This document shows positions 20,601 through 29,912 of a stretch of 64,000 nt of DNA, in pieces. The stretch is from the NCBI GenBank assembly GCA_965242965.1, contig OZ251518.1, positions 3,360,001 through 3,424,000 of the forward strand, given 5' to 3'. Origin of the DNA: Candidatus Poribacteria bacterium. Its GTDB lineage: Bacteria > Poribacteria > WGA-4E > WGA-3G. Every line of letters starts with the position of its first letter. Positions within the stretch are counted from its first letter, which is position 1. Below the pieces are notes generated by a model. That model was not told the origin of the DNA, ran no database searches, and saw nothing but the letters and a program-made list of their open reading frames with translations. The position numbers and the translations under genes were made by a program.

Positions 20601-23600
20601 GGCGAACCCGGCACGCAGCTCACGATGCGGACATTCCACACTGGGGGTGCAGTGGAGGAAGTCTCCGATGCACGCCAGCGTCAAATCCGAGCAAAAGCGA
20701 GTGGCACTGTGAGGTTCCGGGATTTCCATCCCGGCATCACTGTCCACCAAGAGGGCACTCTCTGGATATCCACAGGGCCGGGTAATGCCCCGCTAGGAAA
20801 TCCCCCGAGTGCCAGCGCGGATGCGGAAGATGAAACGCAACGAAAGACCGGGAACCGAGCGAATTTGGACGCGCCTACCTACAAAGTCACGCGCGTCATT
20901 CACGCCGATTGCAAATTACGGAAAGACGAATTGCTCAACGAAAAGCAGTATTCCGAAAACGCGCAGCGTTACAAAGGCTTTGAGACAGTTCCATGGCAGC
21001 ACCGCGTCACCGCTGTTCACGATGATGCCTGTCCCGTGAAAGAGGGCGACAGACTTTCCGCCGCGCAGTGGCGGGAAGCCATAAGTGCATACGGCTTCCC
21101 GCGCTTTGCAACCGAGAAGCGCGAGATAACACACGTCCGCCTATCTACTGTGAACGTTCAACCCGACGATGTGCTCACCGAAGAAGAAATTGAGCAGCGC
21201 GAAGCGGAAATTCGGAACCGATTTGACGGCGAATGGTGCTACCGTATCCCCAAAACCGGCGAGATTTTCAAGTCGGCTCAAGACTTTTTGCCCGGCTTGG
21301 GCATCCCTGTGGAGCCCCTTGAAGATATTGAGGATACAGAAATGCTAGGCGACACGTCAGCTGAAACGGCGGAAGACCTGGCTTCTGCGGAAACATCACT
21401 AGCGAAAGACACCTCTTTTGAACGCGTCTACCGCATCACCGAGCGGACAGATCGGGATTTCCCGTATGCTGTCGGGGATATCGTGGCAGCGGAGGAGATT
21501 GAGCCGTGGCTCACGCCTTTTGAGGCGGCACCGAACCCTGTCTATGTTATTGATGCAAACGCGCCCTGGCATGCAGGCGAAACGTTGACACGCTACCAAT
21601 ACGAGGAAGTGTGTCGCGACTATCGGCCGTTTGAATCCGAAAAAGCGGCGGAGGTGCTGCACCACGTTACGGCAGTGCATCATCCCAAATGCCCGCTCAA
21701 ACCGGGTCAAGATTTGACAGAAGCAGATAAAAACGCTATGCTCGCTCGCTGGTCTGGGTTTGACGTTGAGAGGCTGCGGCACCGTGTAACGCACATCTAT
21801 CATCCGGGTTTTCCACACACACCGGGCTATTTGATGAGCGATGCGGAGGCGAAACGGCTGGGGAGTAAACATCCTGGCTTTGAGACAGAAACATCTCCTG
21901 TCTTTGCAGCGCAATTGGTGATATGGGAGGACGAAGAAGCGGAATCGTCTGATAAAGCGAAACCTATCAAGCCCTATTGCGTGACAGGGATTCATCACCG
22001 CGACTGCCCCCTGGAGGCCGGGGACCTTTTCACTCCCAAGGAGGTAACTGCACAACGCAGGAAATTCCCAGGGTTTGATGTTGAACGCTTCTACGTGATC
22101 CCCAGGGAAAACATCTACGAGGTAACCGAAACTAAGCGAGCCTTTACCGCAAAAGCGTTAGCGGGTTCCAAGAAGAGTTGGCGCATTACTGAAGTGCTTC
22201 ATCCGGCGTGTCAACTTGAAGTTGGCAAGATAGTTTCCGATGCCACGTATAAAAAGACTCGCAAGACCTATCCTAGCACTAATCAAGGGCAGCTCATAAC
22301 GCAGACAGCATTTGAAACATGGGGGGGATCCTTAGCAGCCACGCAAGTGTCTCCGGAGCCTGAGCAGTTTCTCCATCGGGTAACCGAAGCTAAGCCAGCC
22401 TTCACCGCAGAAGCGTCGCCGGAAGCAGAAACGTCGCGAGAATCAGACAGGACCTGGCGCGTCACCGAAGTGTTCAATACAGCATGTCCTTATGAGGTCG
22501 GACAAGAAATCTCCGATGTCGAGTATCGACGAGGCCAAGAGGAATATGGTGATACTCGCGGAGACTTCCTGACGCAGATGGAGTTGGAACACCGGAACGC
22601 CCTCACGACTCAACCTGTTCTGCAACTCTCTGAAACGGAGTTCAAGGTCCTTCGCAAAACGGATCCGACGCTCAAGGATAGGGTGATTACCTCCCGATAC
22701 CGCGTTGTGGACACCTATCACCCAGAGTTCCCCTTTAAAGTCGGCGAGGTCCTGACAGATAAAGATTACAAGCAGTGCCAGAAAGACTTCAGAGGGTTCG
22801 ATGTTGAACATTTCTACGAGGTTACCGCAGACGAACGTGAATTCGTGGAGAGCAGCCCTCAGGAAGCGGAAACCCAACTCATTTCAGACCTCACCGTAGA
22901 GGGGCCGCACTATCGGCACGACGTTGAACCCTCTCCGGTAGCGACATTTGAGAAGCCGCGTCTCAAGAAATTTTGGCGGGTTAATGCAGTCTCCAACCCA
23001 GAGTGTCCGCTGGAGGTTGGTCAAAATCTCTCCGAGGGCGAATATCTGGCGGCACGCGAGACATACAAGGTAATTACCGAAAAACAGAACCCTGATTCAC
23101 GTTTCCTTGAAGGTGATATCCTTGTCCTCTCCGAGCGGGAATACAACGCGCTCATGAAAGGCCATAGGCAAGAAGCTCCGCACACCGTTACCGCCGTGCA
23201 TCACCCAAATTGTCCACTTCAGGTTGGAGCCAAATTGAGCAAAGCGGAATACGAGGGTTTGAGTGCTCACTACCCCGGGTTTGATACCGACGAACCCGCA
23301 CTGCGGATGCATATTGAGATAGAGACTGCGGATGGACATCGGGTGCCGCATCTTATCACGGAAGGTTACTCCTTCTCCATCAAGGAGGGCGATCCCGTCA
23401 AAGTGGAAGACACTCTCGCCGAGCTCCATGAAAAGACAGCGAACATGGATATCGTCGCCGGGATTCCGCGTGTGACAGATCTCTTTGAGGCGCGCCGTCC
23501 TAAACGTGAGGACGCGGCGGAAATCGCCGAGATTGAGGGACGCATTGAGGCAGCAGGCACCAAAGCCGGTGTGCCGACATACCGTATCGTTGATGAGGAA

Positions 23601-24257
23601 CACCAGAGCCGCCTCTACGCCATTCCTGACGAAAAACGGCGCGTCACCGAAGGCGACCGGGTAAAGGCAGGACAACCGCTCACGGACGGTTACCTCAACC
23701 CGCACGATATCCTCAGCATCGGGCGCGTCTTCATTGAAGATGTGCCAATTGATGGTGATGAAGCACTCTGGACATACCTCGTTGAGGAAATCCAAAAGGT
23801 TTACGGTGCACGCGCCATCAACGACAAGCACCTCGAAGCCATCGTCCGCCAGATGACGAGGAAGGTGCGGGTGATAGCACCCGGCGATACGCAGTTTCCC
23901 CATAACAGTGAGGTGCCGCGACAGAAATTCAATGAAGTCAACGCGAAGGTTATTGCTGAAGACGGTAAACCCGCTACCGGCGAACCGATTCTGCAAGGCA
24001 TTAGCCGCGCATCGCTCAGTACCGACAGCTTCATCTCTGCCGCCTCGTTCCAGCAGACGACGAAGGTGCTGACAGATGCCGCTGTCAAAGGGCAGAAAGA
24101 CAAACTCTTCGGATTGAAGGAGAACGTCATCCTCGGTCGCCTCATCCCTGCAGGAAGTGGACTTTCGGATTTCCAGCATTTGGAAATCACGGAAGTTGAC
24201 GCTGACGAAGAGATGGAAGCACCGGAATCCGCCGAGTCATCGTCTGCGGTGCCATAA
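17697..24257 (+). CDS. rpoC: DNA-directed RNA polymerase subunit beta' (~2186 aa; very large trigger-loop insertion)
   Basis: Zn-finger C-C-C-C, GRFRQNLLGKRVDYSGRSV, NADFDGD, GEPGTQLTMRTFHTGG, SAASFQQT, GLKENVILGRLIPAG. Confidence 0.98.
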   Translation: MATPFDSISLKIASPEEIKELAKRTCCKRRSSTVGHGEPFICPEMHTCNCGEVKKAETINYRSFRPELEGLFCEAIFGPSKDWECNCGKYKRIKHKGVICDRCGVEVTRQHVRRERMGYIQLASPVSHIWFFKGVPSRIGAFCELSARQIENILYFDAFMVTEADEELQEQGIMKPNQLISEAEFDRYKREYRGRFKAGAGGQILAKRLASLDLEAECAKIVKELEETRSHQKKVKLTKQLRLMEDFISSGQRPEWMILDVLPVIPPDLRPLVTLDGGRFATSDLNDLYRRLIHRNNRLAKLIKMRSPEVILRNEKRMLQEAVDAFFDNGRHGRRVTGPGNRELKSLSHVLKGKVGRFRQNLLGKRVDYSGRSVIVVGPELGIHQCGIPKQMAVELFKPFIIERLQAHGYSGTIKRAKAYVEHIDSNSPVWEVLEEVIEEHPVLLNRPPTLHRLGIQAFMPVLVEGKSIRIPPLVCKAFNADFDGDQMAVHVPLTAEAQAEAKLLMLSSHNILKPSHGGPIAVPELDMVLGPSYLTKTLPEHDADAQLLHKVYTTQNGDATLLDEIRRKPWYHRRYAHMEEVIAAHGAGQLKLHDSVQLFFPENGAPREPILTTVGRVIFNEVLPAELKWVDAHSGQRLPFFNGEAGGRQLSAIVETCFNTPELGTRGTVALLEKLQKLAFEYATLSGISPGIIDYITPSQREGLLAKTEAAIAKLRAAAAADADTEELENQQIHLWYQALREMENIMFSRLPELETQLVERGEDVKGFSPVHIMADSGARARKNPFMQISAVIGLKAKQSGEILLPPITTSYRDGLDVIDYFNSTYGSRKGLVDTAMKTAASGYLTRKLVDVAQDVRVTEADCGTVNGIKKFATEGGELAFKINGRTATEDILHPNTGEVLVKADELISAEAAALIEKSEIKSVNVRSVLTCATEDGVCAKCYGHDLTTNMLVSVGEAVGIIAAQSIGEPGTQLTMRTFHTGGAVEEVSDARQRQIRAKASGTVRFRDFHPGITVHQEGTLWISTGPGNAPLGNPPSASADAEDETQRKTGNRANLDAPTYKVTRVIHADCKLRKDELLNEKQYSENAQRYKGFETVPWQHRVTAVHDDACPVKEGDRLSAAQWREAISAYGFPRFATEKREITHVRLSTVNVQPDDVLTEEEIEQREAEIRNRFDGEWCYRIPKTGEIFKSAQDFLPGLGIPVEPLEDIEDTEMLGDTSAETAEDLASAETSLAKDTSFERVYRITERTDRDFPYAVGDIVAAEEIEPWLTPFEAAPNPVYVIDANAPWHAGETLTRYQYEEVCRDYRPFESEKAAEVLHHVTAVHHPKCPLKPGQDLTEADKNAMLARWSGFDVERLRHRVTHIYHPGFPHTPGYLMSDAEAKRLGSKHPGFETETSPVFAAQLVIWEDEEAESSDKAKPIKPYCVTGIHHRDCPLEAGDLFTPKEVTAQRRKFPGFDVERFYVIPRENIYEVTETKRAFTAKALAGSKKSWRITEVLHPACQLEVGKIVSDATYKKTRKTYPSTNQGQLITQTAFETWGGSLAATQVSPEPEQFLHRVTEAKPAFTAEASPEAETSRESDRTWRVTEVFNTACPYEVGQEISDVEYRRGQEEYGDTRGDFLTQMELEHRNALTTQPVLQLSETEFKVLRKTDPTLKDRVITSRYRVVDTYHPEFPFKVGEVLTDKDYKQCQKDFRGFDVEHFYEVTADEREFVESSPQEAETQLISDLTVEGPHYRHDVEPSPVATFEKPRLKKFWRVNAVSNPECPLEVGQNLSEGEYLAARETYKVITEKQNPDSRFLEGDILVLSEREYNALMKGHRQEAPHTVTAVHHPNCPLQVGAKLSKAEYEGLSAHYPGFDTDEPALRMHIEIETADGHRVPHLITEGYSFSIKEGDPVKVEDTLAELHEKTANMDIVAGIPRVTDLFEARRPKREDAAEIAEIEGRIEAAGTKAGVPTYRIVDEEHQSRLYAIPDEKRRVTEGDRVKAGQPLTDGYLNPHDILSIGRVFIEDVPIDGDEALWTYLVEEIQKVYGARAINDKHLEAIVRQMTRKVRVIAPGDTQFPHNSEVPRQKFNEVNAKVIAEDGKPATGEPILQGISRASLSTDSFISAASFQQTTKVLTDAAVKGQKDKLFGLKENVILGRLIPAGSGLSDFQHLEITEVDADEEMEAPESAESSSAVP

Positions 24258-24293
24258 GGCGAGGAAAACTTATCCCTCGCCACGCTCCCAGGT

Positions 24294-24469
24294 CGTAGGG
24301 CGAGGGCCTGTCCCTCGCCATGCCGCACAACTACCTGAATCGCGTAGGGCGAGGGCCTGTCCCTCGCCATGCCGCACAACTACCTGAATCGCGTAGGGCG
24401 AGGGCCTGTCCCTCGCCATGCCGCACAACTACCTGAATCGCGTAGGGCGAGGGCCTGTCCCTCGCCATG
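24294..24469 (+). repeat. 49-bp tandem repeat (3.5 copies) built on a GTAG REP
   Basis: CGTAGGGCGAGGGCCTGTCCCTCGCCATGCCGCACAACTACCTGAATCG at 24294, 24343, 24392 and partial at 24441. Confidence 0.95.
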
Positions 24470-24482
24470 CTCCGGAGGATCC

Positions 24483-25937
24483 ATGCGTAAACTCCCCGAA
24501 CTCAACAGTCTCCACTACGGCGATTGCCTTGAAGTCATGCACCCATGGCCCGATGAAACCATCGACCTCGGCTACTTCGATCCCCCTTTCAACAGCAACG
24601 CCAAATATCATCAACTCTACGATACCGGTGACGACAACCGCGGCACGCGCGACGCACAACTCCAAGCCTTTGATGATTCCTGGCGATGGAACGCCACCGC
24701 CGCCGAGCGTGTCGCAAATCTCCTCGATGCACCCGCACATCCCGCGCATCGCGTCATCGAAGCTTTCGCAAAATGGCCCGGCGAAGGCGGCATGCTCGCC
24801 TATCTCACCTACATGGCAGAACGCATTGCTGTCCTGCATCGATTGCTTAAACCTACAGGCAGCGTCTATCTCCACTGCGATGCAACCGCCGCGCATCCAC
24901 TCAAACTCCTCATGGATTGCATCTTCGGACCGGAAAACTTTCGGAACGAGATTGTGTGGTGCTACAAAGGCCCAAGCAATACGAAACGTTGGTTTCCCCG
25001 CAAACACGATACGATCTTCTTCTACGGCAAAACGTCGGAGGCGAAGTTTTATCCCGATGGCGCGCGGGTTGCCTACAGCCGAATCACCGGAACGGGACAG
25101 ACTTCGCTTACGAGAGGCAGTCGGACGCGTGAAGAAGTTGAAGCATTAGAGACGGCTTACGCCGAACGCGGCAAACTCGTGGAGGATTATTGGACAGATA
25201 TTCCGGCAGGTGGGCACATGCCGAGGCATGAACGCTTGGGTTATCCGACACAAAAGCCGCTTGCGCTATTGGAACGCATCATCAAGGCATCCACCGTTGA
25301 AGGCGACATCGTGCTGGATCCGTTTTGTGGGTGTGGCACAACAGTTGCCGCCGCCGATAACCTGAACAGGAAATGGCTCGGCATTGATATCTCCCCGCAC
25401 GCGCTAGAGGTGATTTTGACGAACCGCTTTCCTGGGCGCGCCATTCCCACGAGCGGTATCCCTGCAGACTTTGCGGCCGCCGCGCAACTCGCGAAGGCGA
25501 ATTCCCGCCACTTTGAAGTCTGGGCACTGAATTGTGCATCACAAGGGTTCGCGCCTAACGATACCCAAACCGGCGATGGCGGCATCGATGGCAGAGGCCA
25601 CACACTCCTGCAACCCGATGACTGCGACACCAAACTGGTGCTGGCGCAGGTAAAAGGCGGCAGATTCCATCTGAGCCAACTCCGTGATTTCTTATGGGTG
25701 CTGGAACGGGAGAAAGCGGCGATGGGCGTGTTCATCACCTTGAACCCTGTCACATCACGGAACGCACAGGCGGAACTACTGCGACTTGGCACTGTCACCG
25801 TCGGCACGGAAACATATCCGCGCGTGCAAACCTGGTCCCTCAAGGCGCATTTTGAGGGACAGCGACTGCGGCTGCCAGATATGAACAACCCCTATACCGG
25901 CAAACCTTTACAGCCATCGCTGCAATTGGTTTTGTAA
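24483..25937 (+). CDS. Beta-class N4/N6 DNA methyltransferase with C-terminal Mrr-like nuclease-fold domain (paralogue 1)
   Basis: GDCL, DPPFNS (motif IV), YPTQKP, DPFCGCGTT (motif I), DGGIDG...QVKGG; GGAGG RBS. Confidence 0.9.
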   Translation: MRKLPELNSLHYGDCLEVMHPWPDETIDLGYFDPPFNSNAKYHQLYDTGDDNRGTRDAQLQAFDDSWRWNATAAERVANLLDAPAHPAHRVIEAFAKWPGEGGMLAYLTYMAERIAVLHRLLKPTGSVYLHCDATAAHPLKLLMDCIFGPENFRNEIVWCYKGPSNTKRWFPRKHDTIFFYGKTSEAKFYPDGARVAYSRITGTGQTSLTRGSRTREEVEALETAYAERGKLVEDYWTDIPAGGHMPRHERLGYPTQKPLALLERIIKASTVEGDIVLDPFCGCGTTVAAADNLNRKWLGIDISPHALEVILTNRFPGRAIPTSGIPADFAAAAQLAKANSRHFEVWALNCASQGFAPNDTQTGDGGIDGRGHTLLQPDDCDTKLVLAQVKGGRFHLSQLRDFLWVLEREKAAMGVFITLNPVTSRNAQAELLRLGTVTVGTETYPRVQTWSLKAHFEGQRLRLPDMNNPYTGKPLQPSLQLVL

Positions 25938-25959
25938 GCGCGCCTATAGGAATTTCGTT

Positions 25960-27423
25960 ATGAAAACGCTTCCCGAACTCAACAGTCTCCACTACGGCGA
26001 TTGCCTTGATGTCATGCACCCGTGGCCCGATGAAACCATCGACCTCGGCTACTTCGATCCCCCTTTCAACAGCAACGCCAAATATCATCAACTTTACGAT
26101 ACAGGTGACGATAACCGCGGCACGCGCGACGCACAACTCCAAGCCTTTGATGACTCTTGGCGATGGAACGCCACCGCCGCCGAGCGCGTCGCAAATCTCC
26201 TCGATGCACCCGCACATCCCGCGCATCGAGTCATCGAAGCTTTCGCAAAATGGCCCGGCGAAGGCGGCATGCTTGCCTATCTCACCTACATGGCAGAACG
26301 CATTGCCGTCCTGCATCGATTGCTTAAACCCACAGGCAGTGTCTATCTCCACTGCGATGCAACCGCGGCACATCCACTCAAGCTCCTCATGGATTGCATC
26401 TTCGGACCGGAAAACTTTCGCCGCGAGATTGTGTGGCAGATGAAATCGCGCTCCGGTTTCAAAAGCCGAGCCGCGAATTGGATTCGGGACCACGATACTA
26501 TCCTCTATTACGTCAAATCGGAGCAGGCGACGTTCAACAAGCAGTTTGAACCCTATTCCGATGAATATGTGGCACGAAGTTTCACGCAGACAGATGCGGA
26601 TGGACGGCGGTATCGTCAACGCGGGAATAAACGCTACTACGAAGATGAAGGCGGTATTCCTTACGGCGATGTCTGGGACGACATCCACTCCTTTCAGACA
26701 GCGACGCGGAGTCAAGAGTATCTGGGGTATCCTACCCAGAAACCGTTGAAACTTCTGGAACGCATCATTCAGGCATCCTCTAATGAAGGCGATATTGTGC
26801 TGGACCCGTTTTGTGGGTGTGGGACAACAGTTGCCGCTGCCGATAACCTGAACCGAAAGTGGCTCGGCATTGATATTTCGCCGCACGCGTTGGAAGTCAT
26901 CAAGTTAAACCGCTTTCAGGGGAGAGCCATACCGACGAGCGGGATTCCTGCCGATTTCGCAGCAGCGGCGCAGTTAGCCAAGGAAAATTCTCGCCATTTT
27001 GAAGTCTGGGCACTGAATTGTGCCTCGCCAGGGTTCGCGCCTAACGATACCCAAACAGGCGATGGCGGCATCGATGGCAGAGGCCACACACTCCTGCAAC
27101 CCGATGACTGCGACACCAAACTGGTGCTGGCGCAGGTAAAAGGCGGCAGATTCCATCTGAGCCAACTCCGCGATTTCTTATGGGTGCTGGAACGGGAGAA
27201 GGCAGCGATGGGCGTGTTCATCACGCTGAACCCTGTCACATCACGGAACGCGCAGACTGAAATCTTGAGACTTGGCACCGTCACCGTCGGCACGGAGACG
27301 TATCCGCGCGTGCAAACCTGGTCCCTCCAAGAACATTTTGAGGGACAGCGGCTGCGATTGCCGGATATGAACAACCCCTATACCGGCAAACCGCTACAAC
27401 CCGCGCTGCAATTGATGTTGTAG
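25960..27423 (+). CDS. Beta-class DNA methyltransferase with Mrr-like C-terminus (paralogue 2)
   Basis: Near-identical to paralogue 1 outside a central ~95-aa segment. Confidence 0.9.
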   Translation: MKTLPELNSLHYGDCLDVMHPWPDETIDLGYFDPPFNSNAKYHQLYDTGDDNRGTRDAQLQAFDDSWRWNATAAERVANLLDAPAHPAHRVIEAFAKWPGEGGMLAYLTYMAERIAVLHRLLKPTGSVYLHCDATAAHPLKLLMDCIFGPENFRREIVWQMKSRSGFKSRAANWIRDHDTILYYVKSEQATFNKQFEPYSDEYVARSFTQTDADGRRYRQRGNKRYYEDEGGIPYGDVWDDIHSFQTATRSQEYLGYPTQKPLKLLERIIQASSNEGDIVLDPFCGCGTTVAAADNLNRKWLGIDISPHALEVIKLNRFQGRAIPTSGIPADFAAAAQLAKENSRHFEVWALNCASPGFAPNDTQTGDGGIDGRGHTLLQPDDCDTKLVLAQVKGGRFHLSQLRDFLWVLEREKAAMGVFITLNPVTSRNAQTEILRLGTVTVGTETYPRVQTWSLQEHFEGQRLRLPDMNNPYTGKPLQPALQLML

Positions 27424-27439
27424 TGAAAACAGTCTTCGC

Positions 27440-28160
27440 TACGGAGCCCCTCTTGGCGTGCAGCACGAGGGCCTGGTAGGAGAGACCTCCCGGTCTCGAT
27501 GCCCTCCAATAGGCCCCTCTTGGCGAGCAGGGCGAGGGCCTGGTAGGAGAGACCTCCCGGTCTCGATGCACATCAGTAGACCTCTATTGGAACGTAGGGC
27601 GAGGGCCTGTCCCTCGCCATGCTAAACACTTGGAGCAAAATTCGCAGGAGATGAGCAGGATTTACAAGATTATCACGATTAGGAGCAGGATTTGCACGAT
27701 TATCACGATTTCGCACGATTATAGGGCTTGGTGCATCAAATACCCCGTGGCCTGCCAAAAGGGTGTCCGGCACACCAAAAACCTACTAATCTTGGTAACT
27801 CCTGGAAGAGGGACAATCAGGAAAACCTGATTGTCTTGACAGGCGTGACCCTGAAAATCCTGCTCATATCCTGTGAAATCCTGGAAATCCTGAAAATCCT
27901 GCTCCGGATTTACAAGAGTATCACGATTTCGCACGATTATAGGGCTTGGTGCATCAAATACCCCGTGGCCTGCCAAAAGGGTGTCCGGCACACCAGAAAC
28001 CTAATCTTGGTAAATCCTGGAAATCCTGAAAATCCTGCTCCGGATTGACACGATTTCGCACGATTATAGGGCCCGGCGAGACAAACGCGGGGGACAGGCC
28101 CCCGCGCTACGAAACCTGAGTCCCCTCTTGGAACGTAGCGCGAGGGCCTGTCCCTCGCGA
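27440..28160. repeat. Composite repeat region: REPs, ~77-bp direct repeat and 9-bp AATCCTG(A/G)A / CACGATT heptad-like runs
   Basis: GTAGGAGAGACCTCCCGGTCTCGATGC x2; 27701-27777 matches 27919-27995; AAATCCTGGAAATCCTGAAAATCCTG runs. Confidence 0.85.
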
Positions 28161-28179
28161 ATTATCAATTAACTCAGCA

Positions 28180-29568
28180 CTACAAATTCGGCTTCGTCAT
28201 CTCTGCCGGCACGACATGCGTATCAAATTCCGCAGCGGTTAACACTTCCATCGCAACAGCCGCTTCTCGGAGGGTGCAGCCGTTTTCATGCGCATACTGC
28301 GCGACTTTCGCCGCGCTATCGTAGCCGATATGGGGTGCCAATGCCGTCACCAACATCAGCGATTCGGCGAGGTGCTGCGCAATCTTTTCACGGTTCGGCA
28401 CGATGCCCTCCACGCAGTTTTTGCGGAACGAATCACACGCGTCGCCGAGAAGTTGGATGGATTGCAAGGCGTTATAGGCAATCACCGGCATGAAGACGTT
28501 CAGTTGCAACGCGCCACTTGCATTCGCAAAAGACAGCGTCGTATCGTTTCCCATCACTTGCGCGCACACCATCGTCACCGCCTCGCACTGCGTCGGATTC
28601 ACTTTGCCCGGCATGATCGAACTGCCCGGTTCATTCGGCGGGAGTTGCAATTCACCGAGTCCACACCGCGGTCCCGAGCCCAACCAGCGGATGTCGTTCG
28701 CAATCTTAAACAGTGCCGTAGCCAGCGTCTTCAACGCCGCACTCGCATAGAGGACTGCATCCCTGCATGCCAGTGCCTCAAACGCATTCGGCGCACGCCG
28801 GAGGGGATACCCGGTTTTCGCTGCCAGTCGCGCCACCACCTTATCGGTATAGTCGGGATGCGTGTTTAATCCTGTGCCGACAGCCGTGCCGCCAATCGGC
28901 AATTCGCAGAGGCCCGGCACCGCTGCTTCAATGCGCGCTTCCGCTGCGGTGAGTTGCTGCGTCCAAGCACTGAACTCTTGCCCAAGTGTGAGCGGTGTCG
29001 CGTCCATCAGATGCGTCCTACCGATTTTGACAATCTCGGCGAAGGTATCGGCTTTTGCGGCGAACGCTTCACGGAGCTCGGACAGCCGCGGTTTGAGGTG
29101 CTCATGGAGCTGCCGAATCATCGCCAGATGGATGGCTGTCGGGAACACATCGTTCGTTGACTGAGATTTATTGACATGATCATTCGGGTGGACAGGGTGT
29201 TTGCTCCCTATCTCCCCACCGAGTATCTCAATGGCACGGTTCGCGATGACTTCATTGACGTTCATGTTCGTCTGCGTGCCACTGCCTGTCTGCCAGATGG
29301 GGAGGGGGAAGTGCGCATCCAGCGTGCCATCAATTACCTCCTGCGCGGCGGCACCGATAGTCTCGGCGAGGCGCGGTTCCAGCAAACCGAGTTCGGCGTT
29401 GACATGCGCGACGGCCTGTTTAATCGTGCCGAGTGCCCACAAAGCCGGGCGCGGGATGCGTTCGTCACCGATACGAAAATTCTGCAGGGCGCGCTGCGTC
29501 TGCGCACCCCAATATTTATCCGATGGAACGTGGAGTGTTCCCATGCTATCTGTTTCTATCCTGCTCAT
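28180..29568 (-). CDS. fumC: Class II fumarate hydratase
   Basis: [40 protein letters not shown] signature. Confidence 0.97.
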   Translation of the reverse strand: MSRIETDSMGTLHVPSDKYWGAQTQRALQNFRIGDERIPRPALWALGTIKQAVAHVNAELGLLEPRLAETIGAAAQEVIDGTLDAHFPLPIWQTGSGTQTNMNVNEVIANRAIEILGGEIGSKHPVHPNDHVNKSQSTNDVFPTAIHLAMIRQLHEHLKPRLSELREAFAAKADTFAEIVKIGRTHLMDATPLTLGQEFSAWTQQLTAAEARIEAAVPGLCELPIGGTAVGTGLNTHPDYTDKVVARLAAKTGYPLRRAPNAFEALACRDAVLYASAALKTLATALFKIANDIRWLGSGPRCGLGELQLPPNEPGSSIMPGKVNPTQCEAVTMVCAQVMGNDTTLSFANASGALQLNVFMPVIAYNALQSIQLLGDACDSFRKNCVEGIVPNREKIAQHLAESLMLVTALAPHIGYDSAAKVAQYAHENGCTLREAAVAMEVLTAAEFDTHVVPAEMTKPNL

Positions 29569-29586
29569 AGTGTCTCCTTTTTATAT

Positions 29587-29878
29587 GAGGGTGTTTCATA
29601 ACTCGTTGTTGTCACCGGTAGGAGAGCCCTCCTGGTCTCGATGCAATAGGGGGCCCTCGGATGCCACACGCGCATCCGAGCGGGTTCCCCTTGCCATCGC
29701 TCGCGCACTCCAACGCTCGCGGGGGACAGGCCCCCGCGCTACGAAAAAAAACGCCACACCCACACCGTAGGGCGAGGGCCCTCGGATGCCACACGCGCAT
29801 CCGAGCGGGTTCCCCTTGCCATCGCTCGCGCACTCCAACGCTCGCGGGGGACAGGCCCCCGCGCTACGAAAAAAAACG
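29587..29878. repeat. TIR-started REP array with 125-bp tandem duplication
   Basis: GAGGGTGTTTCATAA at 29587; unit beginning GGGCCCTCGGATGCCACACGCGCATCCGAG at 29651 and 29776. Confidence 0.85.
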
Positions 29879-29912
29879 CTCCCTCACCGTTGAACTTTCT
29901 CAATGGCGTTCA

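Noticed and set aside
20649-23447. Intein in rpoC
   Set aside because: No Cys/Ser start with His-Asn|Cys/Ser/Thr end and no LAGLIDADG motifs; content is repeats within an SBHM-like frame
24294-24469. CRISPR-like repeat upstream of the MTase
   Set aside because: Spacers are identical, so it is a simple 49-bp tandem repeat; the ORF extension from 24369 is a repeat artefact
24483-27423. Diversity-generating retroelement TR/VR pair or invertase shufflon
   Set aside because: No reverse transcriptase or recombinase in the window; differences are mostly synonymous and not adenine-specific; both copies are full direct-orientation genes
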